Positions 28,287-36,442 of a stretch of 64,000 bases of DNA are shown in pieces. The notes under the pieces were generated by a model that saw only the letters and a program-made list of their open reading frames with translations, did not search any database and was not told where the DNA came from. Position 1 is the stretch's first letter. Each line of letters starts with the position of its first letter. A program made the position numbers and the translations under genes. The stretch comes from an uncultured Thermoplasmata archaeon (lineage in GTDB: Archaea > Thermoplasmatota > Thermoplasmata > Lutacidiplasmatales > UBA184). Location of the stretch: the NCBI GenBank assembly GCA_963771555.1, contig CAVYTM010000003.1, forward strand, positions 584,465 through 648,464. The letters run 5' to 3'.

Positions 28287-30992
28287 TCATTGCGGGGACG
28301 CACGAGCCATTCTAGGGTACCGAATGACCCCGAGGACTAGGATCGCTGGCGCCGCGATGGCTCCGTCGATCACCCACGTGAGATGGATCAGGGAGTGGGT
28401 CGAGGAAATCGTTAGACTGGTCAGAAGCAAGGTTAGGCCGGGGCCGACCGGACTCAACCTCCCGACCTGGAACCAGGGGGCAGCCGACGAGAGAACGATG
28501 GAACCGGCGGGAACCTTAACGGTCAGGGTGCTCGCGCCCGAATAATCGGCTTGGACCCAAGGAGAAGCGAACGGGGTGCAGGCCGCATCGTAGGTCGGCT
28601 CGGTGGAGAAGCCGCAGAGTGTCATGTTGGAAAGCATCGCGGGCGATCCGGTCGTGTAGAACGGCCCGACCATGGCACCCACAAAGTCGAATTCTTGAAA
28701 GAGGTTCACGGCCGGACCGGCATCCCCCAACGTCAGGGCCCCGCCCGCGTCAGGCTCGAAGCCCAGGGAGGGCAGGGGGAGACCGATTCCGTCCAGACTC
28801 AACGCGAGACGGTCGGACTCGGCCGTCACCGTGAACGAGTGCCACGATTCGGCGTTAACCGCCTGCGGCGGGGCAAACGTCCAGTTCGAGTGGGAAGACG
28901 GTTTCACTCCGGCGAAGTACAGCCCGTTCAATCCGAACAACTCGTACGACGCGTTTCCGATGAAGATCTCTGCGACGAGGTTCTGTGTTAACTGCACGCC
29001 CGCCCAACGGAAGTAGATGGTCAGGTTTCCGCCGGAGGCGACCCACGGGCCGACGTCGTATTCGGCATAGGAACTCCCGTTGAACGATGACCCCCGTACC
29101 GGGGTGCCCACGAACTGGGGTGAGGTGACGTTGACCGAGCTCACATTCTGCGACCCGACCGGGGTCAGCAGCGCGGAGGGTGACGGGGGAACGAAGGGGG
29201 TGACGAGGTTCAGTCCCGAGCTGCCGAGGCTGAGGACGGTCGTGTTGAACGCGAACCCCGGCTCCGACTGGACCCCGAGGTCGAGCGTAAGGTGGAGGCT
29301 TTCCGACGTCACGTCACGACTGAAGTTCACCGTTCGCCAGGGATTGTCCAGCGAAGCCGGATTGCCGTAGTTCGGAGCGATGACGATCTCGCGCCCTCCG
29401 GCGCTCAGCGCGTACGTGACCGTCGAGTTCGCGACCGGATAAGAGGCGAAGAAGCCCACGGGGAACTCCTGATCCCCATTCGAGGTCAGGGAAGGAGACG
29501 GGAGAGACGCGGTGGCCACTGTGAGGACGATCAAGACCGCAGCGGTCCCGACGAGGAGCGAGACTCGTCGCCCCTTCGGAAGTGCCCACCTCGGGCGCGC
29601 TACGCCGCCGAGACCTTCCCCGGAAACTCGAGGGGCGCTGTTCCGAGGAGTCAGCGTCTCGGTCGAGGAATCGATGGAGCTGGGATCTCCTTGGGGACGG
29701 CTGGTCCGAAGAACGAACAGTGCGAGGGCGGCTAGACCGCCCCACAACAGGACGTCCGAGAGCTGGGTCAGGGAGACAAAGTCCGGGACCATACTCCAGA
29801 GGACGAGCGCGTTGTGGAACTGGGGGTAGGAGAGGTAGAAGATTCCGGTCCCGGGTCCCGGCCCCGGCGAATCGAAAAGGTTCATCACGAACACCATGGG
29901 GATGAGGTAGGCCTCCACCAGCCACAGGCGGATGCCTTTCGCACTCGAGGGGTAAGCGAGCACGAGGGCGAGGAGTAGAAAGGGAAGGGGCCAGACGAAC
30001 TCATCACCGTTCAGGATGTCGAGGAACAAGAACGGCAGGACCATCGCGAGCGCGACCGACGTCACCCAGGAGGTCCCGCGCCACCAGAGCACGACCGGCA
30101 CCGCGACCTCGGCCACGACCAGGACGACCACGAATGCCTGGGCGAGGCCAACCTGAGCCGGACTCGCGGGCAAGAAGAGCGCGGGCTGAAGAAGCGTGAG
30201 GATCGAGTAGGGTGACGCGCTCACGAAGCCCGGCGTACCGGTGGAATTGGTCAGGAAGTTCCACCCGGGCAAGTAAAGGAACCCCAGGCCGAAGGCGGCG
30301 AGCGTTCCCGCCGTCCAAGTCAATCGACGCACCAGGGTGACTCGGTTGCCCGAATAAAGAAGCAGGGTTGGGAAGACGAAGATCGGGAAGTAGTAGAAGA
30401 ACGCGGCGAACGCGAGCAGCCCGAATCCCGCCAGCTCGACCCACGGACGGTCGTTGCCTCGCTCCTCGCGCAAGACGACATAGATTCCGGCCAACGTGAG
30501 GGCGATCCCCACGATGTCTTGCTCGACCCAGATGAAGGAGATGAAGAAGAGAACAGGACTGGTCAGCACGACGACCGTGAGACGGCGCGCGACGGTCGGA
30601 CGGCTGCCGCACAGCAGGGCGATCCGGCGGAGGAGCTCGCCCGAAGCGAGCAGTCCTACCAAACCGAACAGTTTCAACGAGAAATTCGCGGCGAACAGGC
30701 TGTGTCCGCTCAGGTTGTACACGGCGAACGCGGGGAGCACCACCGCAAACAGCCCGGGGGGTGGCGGGTACGGGAAGATCGCGTACGGGTTTCTGCCGAC
30801 GCTGAGGTAGCTCGCGGCCAGGAGGAACCGGGTCAGGTTGCCGGTATCAATGAACGGAAGGAAGGCCGCGAACGCGAGGACGAAGACGGCGAGCGAGAGT
30901 TCGACGACACGTTGTCGGAGGAAGCGACCTATTCGTCGCACGCCGGAATTGTTACCTTCCGACCGAGATCCTTCGGTCCTTGCGTCGGTCAA
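28287..30992 (-). CDS. Large GT-C-like membrane glycosyltransferase candidate with extracytoplasmic LamG/ConA-like C-terminal domain
   Basis: 901 aa. The N-terminal ~430 aa have about 12-13 helices and an early-loop motif (GRNPYAIFPYPPPPGLF) reminiscent of DUF2029/PMT-type GT-C enzymes. The C-terminal ~450 aa are beta-rich, with a LamG-like segment (NLTIYFRWAG...WHSFTVTAESDRLALSLDG). No WWDxG motif, so it is not a canonical AglB. Confidence 0.5.
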   Translation of the reverse strand: MTDARTEGSRSEGNNSGVRRIGRFLRQRVVELSLAVFVLAFAAFLPFIDTGNLTRFLLAASYLSVGRNPYAIFPYPPPPGLFAVVLPAFAVYNLSGHSLFAANFSLKLFGLVGLLASGELLRRIALLCGSRPTVARRLTVVVLTSPVLFFISFIWVEQDIVGIALTLAGIYVVLREERGNDRPWVELAGFGLLAFAAFFYYFPIFVFPTLLLYSGNRVTLVRRLTWTAGTLAAFGLGFLYLPGWNFLTNSTGTPGFVSASPYSILTLLQPALFLPASPAQVGLAQAFVVVLVVAEVAVPVVLWWRGTSWVTSVALAMVLPFLFLDILNGDEFVWPLPFLLLALVLAYPSSAKGIRLWLVEAYLIPMVFVMNLFDSPGPGPGTGIFYLSYPQFHNALVLWSMVPDFVSLTQLSDVLLWGGLAALALFVLRTSRPQGDPSSIDSSTETLTPRNSAPRVSGEGLGGVARPRWALPKGRRVSLLVGTAAVLIVLTVATASLPSPSLTSNGDQEFPVGFFASYPVANSTVTYALSAGGREIVIAPNYGNPASLDNPWRTVNFSRDVTSESLHLTLDLGVQSEPGFAFNTTVLSLGSSGLNLVTPFVPPSPSALLTPVGSQNVSSVNVTSPQFVGTPVRGSSFNGSSYAEYDVGPWVASGGNLTIYFRWAGVQLTQNLVAEIFIGNASYELFGLNGLYFAGVKPSSHSNWTFAPPQAVNAESWHSFTVTAESDRLALSLDGIGLPLPSLGFEPDAGGALTLGDAGPAVNLFQEFDFVGAMVGPFYTTGSPAMLSNMTLCGFSTEPTYDAACTPFASPWVQADYSGASTLTVKVPAGSIVLSSAAPWFQVGRLSPVGPGLTLLLTSLTISSTHSLIHLTWVIDGAIAAPAILVLGVIRYPRMARASPQ

Positions 30993-31001
30993 CGGGACGA
31001 C

Positions 31002-31967
31002 TCACACTGCCTTCGGGATGACGGGGCGGTCGTCCGACCGAAGGAACTCGACAAGCCCCTTGCGGATGGCCTGGAATCCGCCCGGTACTCTCCGGTTCAG
31101 GAGACCGTAGACGACCGCTCGTGCGCCGACGAATCCAAGCAATGTCCCACAGATGAACGGGCGGACCCGCCAGTGGCGCCGCACGACCTTGAGCGTATCG
31201 CGCGTCGAGTAGTAGAGTCTCCGCTCGTCCGCCTCCCGTAATTCGAAGAAGAGAGGCCCCCAGCGCAATCGCGAGGGCCGGCCGAGCGCGTGTCGGATGG
31301 TCGCGGCGGGAACCAAGTAGAGGGGCACGCCGATCCGCCATGACCGCAAACAAAACTCGGAGTCCACGGCATCCAAGAACAGACTCTCGTCAAAGAGCCC
31401 CGTCCTCTTCAGAACTCGGGAATCCAGCAGGAGCCCCGAGGTCATCGCCAGCGGACACCTTCGAAGGTCGGGAGTCTCCCCGCGGGCATACCGATAGAAC
31501 TCCTGCTCGAGCAGGCTCTGGAGAAGGGAGGGAATCTCCTCGATGTTGCGTGCGGCCAGCTCAACCGCCGGAAACCGGGCGGACAGTCGAAGGTAGCCGT
31601 CGACGAGCGTCGGGACCGCGCCCGGCCCAAGGACCGAATCCTGGTCCAAGAGCAGGAAGAGTGAGTGTCCTTCTACGAGCCCTTGCGTCAATCCCACATT
31701 CAGGGCCCGCGACAACCCTACATTTCCATGACGCTCCGCGACCTTCGGGGGAAGACCGTCCCGCGTGAGCTGCCCCTCACCGGCCACGCGGTCGACTACG
31801 GCCTGTGACCCCGGATCGGTGGAGTTATCGACCACGATCAACCGGTCGAGTTGCGTCGCAGCCGCGCGAACCGCCGCACGCAACAGAGCCTCGTCCGCCT
31901 GGTAAGTGACCATGATGCCGCAGATCCGAGTTGGTTGGGGGGAGGGCTTGGTCGCCGGATCGGTCAC
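31002..31967 (-). CDS. Family 2 glycosyltransferase (rhamnosyltransferase-like)
   Basis: ICGIMVTYQ..., LIVVDNSTD, HGNVGLSRALNVGL, LLDQDS (DxD). Start is GTG 31967 or ATG 31913. The tracked extension to 32579 overlaps the upstream gene end and is not credible. Confidence 0.8.
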   Translation of the reverse strand: MTDPATKPSPQPTRICGIMVTYQADEALLRAAVRAAATQLDRLIVVDNSTDPGSQAVVDRVAGEGQLTRDGLPPKVAERHGNVGLSRALNVGLTQGLVEGHSLFLLLDQDSVLGPGAVPTLVDGYLRLSARFPAVELAARNIEEIPSLLQSLLEQEFYRYARGETPDLRRCPLAMTSGLLLDSRVLKRTGLFDESLFLDAVDSEFCLRSWRIGVPLYLVPAATIRHALGRPSRLRWGPLFFELREADERRLYYSTRDTLKVVRRHWRVRPFICGTLLGFVGARAVVYGLLNRRVPGGFQAIRKGLVEFLRSDDRPVIPKAV

Positions 31968-32152
31968 GGGGATCCTGGGACGCGCACGAATGGTGGAGCA
32001 CCCCGCGTGGCACAGGGTGCGCCGGTCATAATCCTGTTGGGAGGTCGACTCCCGTCGTGAGGGGGAAACGTCGCACGCGGGCACCCGGCAAGGCCCGTCC
32101 CTAGGTCCGGACCCGCCGCGTCGATCGCGGAGCCGAGGCCTCCTCCGGAGGA

Positions 32153-32845
32153 TCACCCGAGGGCGATGTAGCTGGCCGCAAACGGTTCGAGCGTCGAATA
32201 GGCGGAATCCTCGTACGCTCCGGTCACCACCCCTTTCGCCCAAGTCAGGAGCCCCTGGTACGATGTTCCATCCGTGAACGAGGACGGATACGCGGCCTGC
32301 AGGTCGGATCGGCTGTCGTAGATCATCATCAGGGCGTAGTAATAGCCGAACGGAGTGAGCGTCGAAGCCGCGCTGTCGGAGATCGTACCGTTGACCACGT
32401 TCCCGGCCCAATTGACCAGCTGTGTGAAGTTGGCGAGGCTGGTGAGCGCGTCCGGGAAGGCGGCTTGCAGGTCCGATCGGCCGTCGTAGACCAGTATCAG
32501 GGCGTAGTAGTAGCCGAACGGAGCGAGCGTCAGGCTCGCGCTGTCGGTCCACGCTCCTGTTGCCACGCCACCGGCCCAATTCACGAGCAGCGTGTAGCTG
32601 CCGAGGCTGGTGAACGCGTCCGGGAAGGCGGCCTGCAGGTCCGATCGGCCGTCGTAGACCAGCATCAGCGCGTAGTAATACCCGAACGGGGCGAGCTGCG
32701 TGCGGGCACTATCGGTCCACTCCCCCGTCACCACGCCCCCGGCCCAGTTCACCAACCCGAGGTAGGAAGTGAGGTTCGAGGACACATCCGGAAAGGCTGC
32801 CTGCAAGTCCGGTCGGTCATTGTACACGGTAAACAGCTCCGCGAT
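32153..32845 (-). repeat. 4 tandem 56-aa units forming the C-terminus
   Basis: 168-bp period visible in the DNA: 28 identical nt at 32467 and 32635. The array ends PFAASYIALG-stop. Confidence 0.9.
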
Positions 32846-35509
32846 CGCGGCCACCCCACCGGGCGCCACCGGAGTCATGGTCACTGCAACGGCCTGCCCC
32901 GCGCCGGTCACGACGACCGACCCGCTCAACGGGGACCCGGTGTAACCGATCGGGGCGGTCACGTTGTAAGAGTACGTTCCGTTCGTTTCGGCGAACACGA
33001 TCGAGGAGGCGTTCGAGCTCTCGTTCGTGCCGTGGAGACCAACCGACCATGTGGTGCCGGCCGCCAATCCGTTCTCAGTGAAGTTCACCGTGTTGACGTA
33101 TCGGTTCCCCCACAGATACCAGGTCTGTTCACCAGTTCCCCCGATCATCACGTTCGTGTTGATCCGGGCCGGGTTGACCCAGACGGCGTAGGAGTACGAA
33201 GTCACTGGCTGGTCCGCGTAGACGTAGAGGGCAAGTCCATTCGCGACGTGCTCGAGGAGATTGTAGTAGAGTACCCGCTCCGGCCCCACCGGCATCGATG
33301 CTGCCTGAGTCGATGCCCACGTCATGACGGAGTAGGCGGTGCCCTGGCAACCGTTCGGGATGACCGCGGTCGTCGAGGGAACGTTCGCCCAGTAGACGAG
33401 GTTCGCGAAAGTGTCCGCGTCGTGCGTCGAGCAACCGTTGTAGCTTCCGCCAAAGTCCTGTCCGACGAACGTCTCGTTGAGTGCGGGAGTGTAGGTGTAC
33501 GACCCGTCGGGCAAATAGAACGGGGTCATGTAATCCGTCGGGTCCGGGTAGTCGGGTAGCCACCCGTCGACCGACGACGTGCAAGCGCCCGTGCCGGGGG
33601 ACGAGCCGAGGCAGAGCGTAATGAGCTCGGTGAACGTCGGATCCCACCGGCTGGGTTGGAGGGCGCCCCCGGTGATCGTGTTCACGATTTGGTTCCAGGC
33701 GTCGATTCCCTGGTCGAACGCCGTAGCTCCCTGCTCCGACACCAACGGGAAATTACACGTCACGGACTGGCAGGCCACGGCTTCTGGGTCGTAGTACGGG
33801 CTCGACGGGTTGGTGATCTGAGCCCACCACCAGGCGGCGCTTCCGGGGGTCGAGGGGTTCGTGTTCGGGTTCATCCAGGCCCCGGTGGTAGTGTTGAGAC
33901 CCGGCCACGAGATGTTGGTGGGATAGTAATTGCCGAGGCCCTGCGGGATTGCGCCGCCAACGCCCTCGATGAACGGTTGCCCGTCGACCGTGTTGTACTG
34001 CGTGATGAAGGAGTTGTACGGGAACGACTGGGCGAGGAATTCCCGCATCCCCACGTAAGAGAAGAAGTTGGCCGGAATGTTCGTCGTCAACCCCGAGTCA
34101 GTTTGGGTGGCGCTGGGGTCGAACTGGTAGGCGAACCCCTCGGGGAACAGATTGAGCGTCGGAATCGTGAGGAACCCGATCTTCCCTTCGGATTGTAAGT
34201 TCAGCCCGACCGGAAGGTCGACCGGGGAGATGGTGGCCGCGTCGGCCTGCCCCGCCCCGTACTCCGATAGGCCCACCGTGTCGTTCGGCTCCCAATAAAC
34301 CTGGACCGTCGATAGATACCTTCCGGCCGCGGGTTCGCAACCGCCGCCCACCCCGAGGCAACCCGTCGGCTGTTGATATGCCGGATTCGCCTTTAGGGTG
34401 TACCCCACCGACGTATTGACGAAGTCCACGTAGTACGGCCCACTCCCGGTCGTGTTCCAACGGACCCCCGGCTGCGGAGCGTAATAGTTGTCACCGAGCA
34501 GGATGGTAGAATCGTACAGGATCGGCGAAGCGGCGTCCACGTAGGACTTGAATGCCGAGGTGTTCGTGCTGGTCACGCCGCCGGGCAGTGTGCATGGGCC
34601 ATCACCGTTGGCCGCGTTAGAGCTGAAGCCGGGGACCGTGGCGTTCTGGGCAGTGAACCATCCGCACGGGACGACCGAACCTCCTTGTGCATCGGCCACA
34701 AATTGAAGAAATTCGGGCCAGACGGCGCCCGAACCATTCGCGTCGAACGTGATGCAACCGTGGCCGCTGGTCATCGCCGCCGCGGGACAGTAAGCGCTGT
34801 CGTTCACTAGCATCGCATTGAGGATGTGCTGAGGGGTGTTGTTCCAGGGGATATGGACCGCACCGTCCCAGGCGCCGTTACCGAAGGGGAGCAGCGACTG
34901 CCCGAGAATCCATCCGTTGTACGAATACTGACTCGGGGTCTCGAGCCACATCAGAGTTCGCGCGATCGAGAACATCACGTCGGAGGGGTAGACCCCCCAC
35001 GAAGCACCCGTGCCCGGGTCATAGAATCGTGCGGCGGAGTCGATGGGGAATGTCCAATAGTTACCCACCTTCAAGTCGTTGCCGTACTGGGACTGGCAAG
35101 AGGTGGGGCCGGACGCGGCGGGACCCGGCACGCACTTCGACAGTTCGGGCACGTAGTTGGCGGTGCTCGAGCCGTTGTAGGTGACAAGGGTTTGGTACAC
35201 ATTTAGAATGACCTCGCTACCGACCGATTCGTAGTCCACCGCAGGATCCAGCGAGGTCGCAGGCGAGACAGGAACCTCATAGATCGCCAACGTGCCAGGG
35301 TGAGGACTGCTGACAGCAGCGCGAATCGGAGCGGGGGTTGCCGCCGAAGGACCGGCGGGCTGACTCGCGGCCGGGGTCGCCGTTCCGGCGCTAGTCGCGG
35401 AGGCGTGCGACGGCGAGATGCTTAACGGTTGAAAAGAGCTCAGAAGAAGAACTGCAATCACGGCCAGAACCATTACCCCGGCGCTCCAGGCTCGGTGCGA
35501 TCCTTTCAT
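32153..35509 (-). CDS. Secreted surface protein: signal peptide, family-5 solute-binding-protein-like head, FxEnGL beta-sandwich, 4 x 56-aa repeat
   Basis: The N-terminal region TSLDPAVDYESVGSEVILNVYQTLVTYNG...YVPELS...WTFPIDSAARFYDP...PSDVMFSIAR follows the SBP_bac_5 pattern. NFTENGLAAGTTWSVGLHGT... then the repeat array. Many NxS/T sequons. Confidence 0.85.
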   Translation of the reverse strand: MKGSHRAWSAGVMVLAVIAVLLLSSFQPLSISPSHASATSAGTATPAASQPAGPSAATPAPIRAAVSSPHPGTLAIYEVPVSPATSLDPAVDYESVGSEVILNVYQTLVTYNGSSTANYVPELSKCVPGPAASGPTSCQSQYGNDLKVGNYWTFPIDSAARFYDPGTGASWGVYPSDVMFSIARTLMWLETPSQYSYNGWILGQSLLPFGNGAWDGAVHIPWNNTPQHILNAMLVNDSAYCPAAAMTSGHGCITFDANGSGAVWPEFLQFVADAQGGSVVPCGWFTAQNATVPGFSSNAANGDGPCTLPGGVTSTNTSAFKSYVDAASPILYDSTILLGDNYYAPQPGVRWNTTGSGPYYVDFVNTSVGYTLKANPAYQQPTGCLGVGGGCEPAAGRYLSTVQVYWEPNDTVGLSEYGAGQADAATISPVDLPVGLNLQSEGKIGFLTIPTLNLFPEGFAYQFDPSATQTDSGLTTNIPANFFSYVGMREFLAQSFPYNSFITQYNTVDGQPFIEGVGGAIPQGLGNYYPTNISWPGLNTTTGAWMNPNTNPSTPGSAAWWWAQITNPSSPYYDPEAVACQSVTCNFPLVSEQGATAFDQGIDAWNQIVNTITGGALQPSRWDPTFTELITLCLGSSPGTGACTSSVDGWLPDYPDPTDYMTPFYLPDGSYTYTPALNETFVGQDFGGSYNGCSTHDADTFANLVYWANVPSTTAVIPNGCQGTAYSVMTWASTQAASMPVGPERVLYYNLLEHVANGLALYVYADQPVTSYSYAVWVNPARINTNVMIGGTGEQTWYLWGNRYVNTVNFTENGLAAGTTWSVGLHGTNESSNASSIVFAETNGTYSYNVTAPIGYTGSPLSGSVVVTGAGQAVAVTMTPVAPGGVAAIAELFTVYNDRPDLQAAFPDVSSNLTSYLGLVNWAGGVVTGEWTDSARTQLAPFGYYYALMLVYDGRSDLQAAFPDAFTSLGSYTLLVNWAGGVATGAWTDSASLTLAPFGYYYALILVYDGRSDLQAAFPDALTSLANFTQLVNWAGNVVNGTISDSAASTLTPFGYYYALMMIYDSRSDLQAAYPSSFTDGTSYQGLLTWAKGVVTGAYEDSAYSTLEPFAASYIALG

Positions 35510-35568
35510 GGTACTACTCCATGTTCAAACTTCATTCGCCCGCGGTTCTTGGGGCACTCGGTGTAGAA

Positions 35569-35575
35569 CGATAAA
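35569..35575 (-). promoter_or_regulatory. TATA box upstream of 32153-35509
   Basis: Minus strand reads GGGTTTATCG, about 63 nt upstream of ATG 35509. Same TTTATC core as other promoters here. Confidence 0.4.
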
Positions 35576-35749
35576 CCCATCGAAGTCCGGTCCACCGGGC
35601 ATCACACCCTCGCCCTGACTATCGCCCCTCCGTCGCCTTCGTCCTCTATCGACGAAGGCTGCCATGGCACGCGAGAGGGCCGGCCGGGAAGGGCGCAAGT
35701 CGCCTCCCGGTGGCTCGCGGGCGTAGCGACGCATCCAGGGGGTCGGCTC

Positions 35750-36442
35750 CTATCCTAGCGCCTCGTAACTCGCCGCGAAAAGCAAAAGTGTGGTCTTGGC
35801 GGAGTCCGTGATCGTTCCGCGCACTACGGCGTCCGCCCACGCGAGCAGTCCTGCGTAGGAGGCTCCGTCCGTGAACGCGAACGGGAACGCCGCCTGCAGG
35901 TCGGACCGACCGTCGTAGACCTTCAACAGGGCGTAGTAGTACCCGAACGGGGTGAGCTTCGCCATGTCGCTATCGAAGAATGAATCGTTGACCACCCAGC
36001 CGGCCCAGTTCACGAGCAGTGTGAAGTTGGTCAGGTTGGTGAACGCCTGCGGGAACGCCGCCTGGAGGTCCGTGCGGCCGTCGTAAACATTCATCAGGTC
36101 GTAGTAGTAGCCGAAGGGAGAGAGCGTCGCGTTGGCGCTGTCGACCCACTCTCCAGTAACGACGCCGCCCGCCCAGTTCACCAGTTGAGTGTAGTTGGTC
36201 AGGTTCCCATAGGGCTCGGTAAACGCCGCTTGCAGGTCCGAGCGACTGTTGTAGGTCATCAGTAGCGCGTACCAGTACCCGAACGGCGAGAGGTCCGAAT
36301 AATTGGTGTCGGAGAAGGCGTGCGTGACCACGCCTCCGGCCCAGTTCACGAGCCCCGTGAAATTAGTGAAGTTGATGAACGCGGCCGGGTACGCAGCCTG
36401 CAGGTCCGGCCGGTCGTCGTACACCGCATACAGCGCGGACAC
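35750..36442 (-). repeat. 4 tandem 56-aa units forming the C-terminus
   Basis: Units start AVYDDRPDLQ, ALLMTYNSRSDLQ, DLMNVYDGRTDLQ and ALLKVYDGRSDLQ. The array ends LFAASYEALG-stop. Confidence 0.9.

Noticed and set aside
28287-30992. The 901-aa multi-TM protein as the oligosaccharyltransferase AglB
   Set aside because: No WWDxG/DK-type motifs were found, and the C-terminal domain looks LamG-like rather than like the AglB periplasmic domain. It is kept only as a generic GT-C-like candidate.
31139-31148. GCAATGTCCC, identical to the centre of the 27136-27161 palindrome, about 150 nt upstream of the GT-C gene start
   Set aside because: Only the non-conserved spacer part matches. The palindromic arms (GGTGCAA/TTGCACC) are absent.
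32153-32185. The conserved C-terminus ...FAASYxALG as an archaeosortase/PGF-CTERM-type sorting signal
   Set aside because: No hydrophobic helix or basic tail follows it. The sequence is simply the first strand of the next repeat unit, and in the 19263-21524 protein it is internal.
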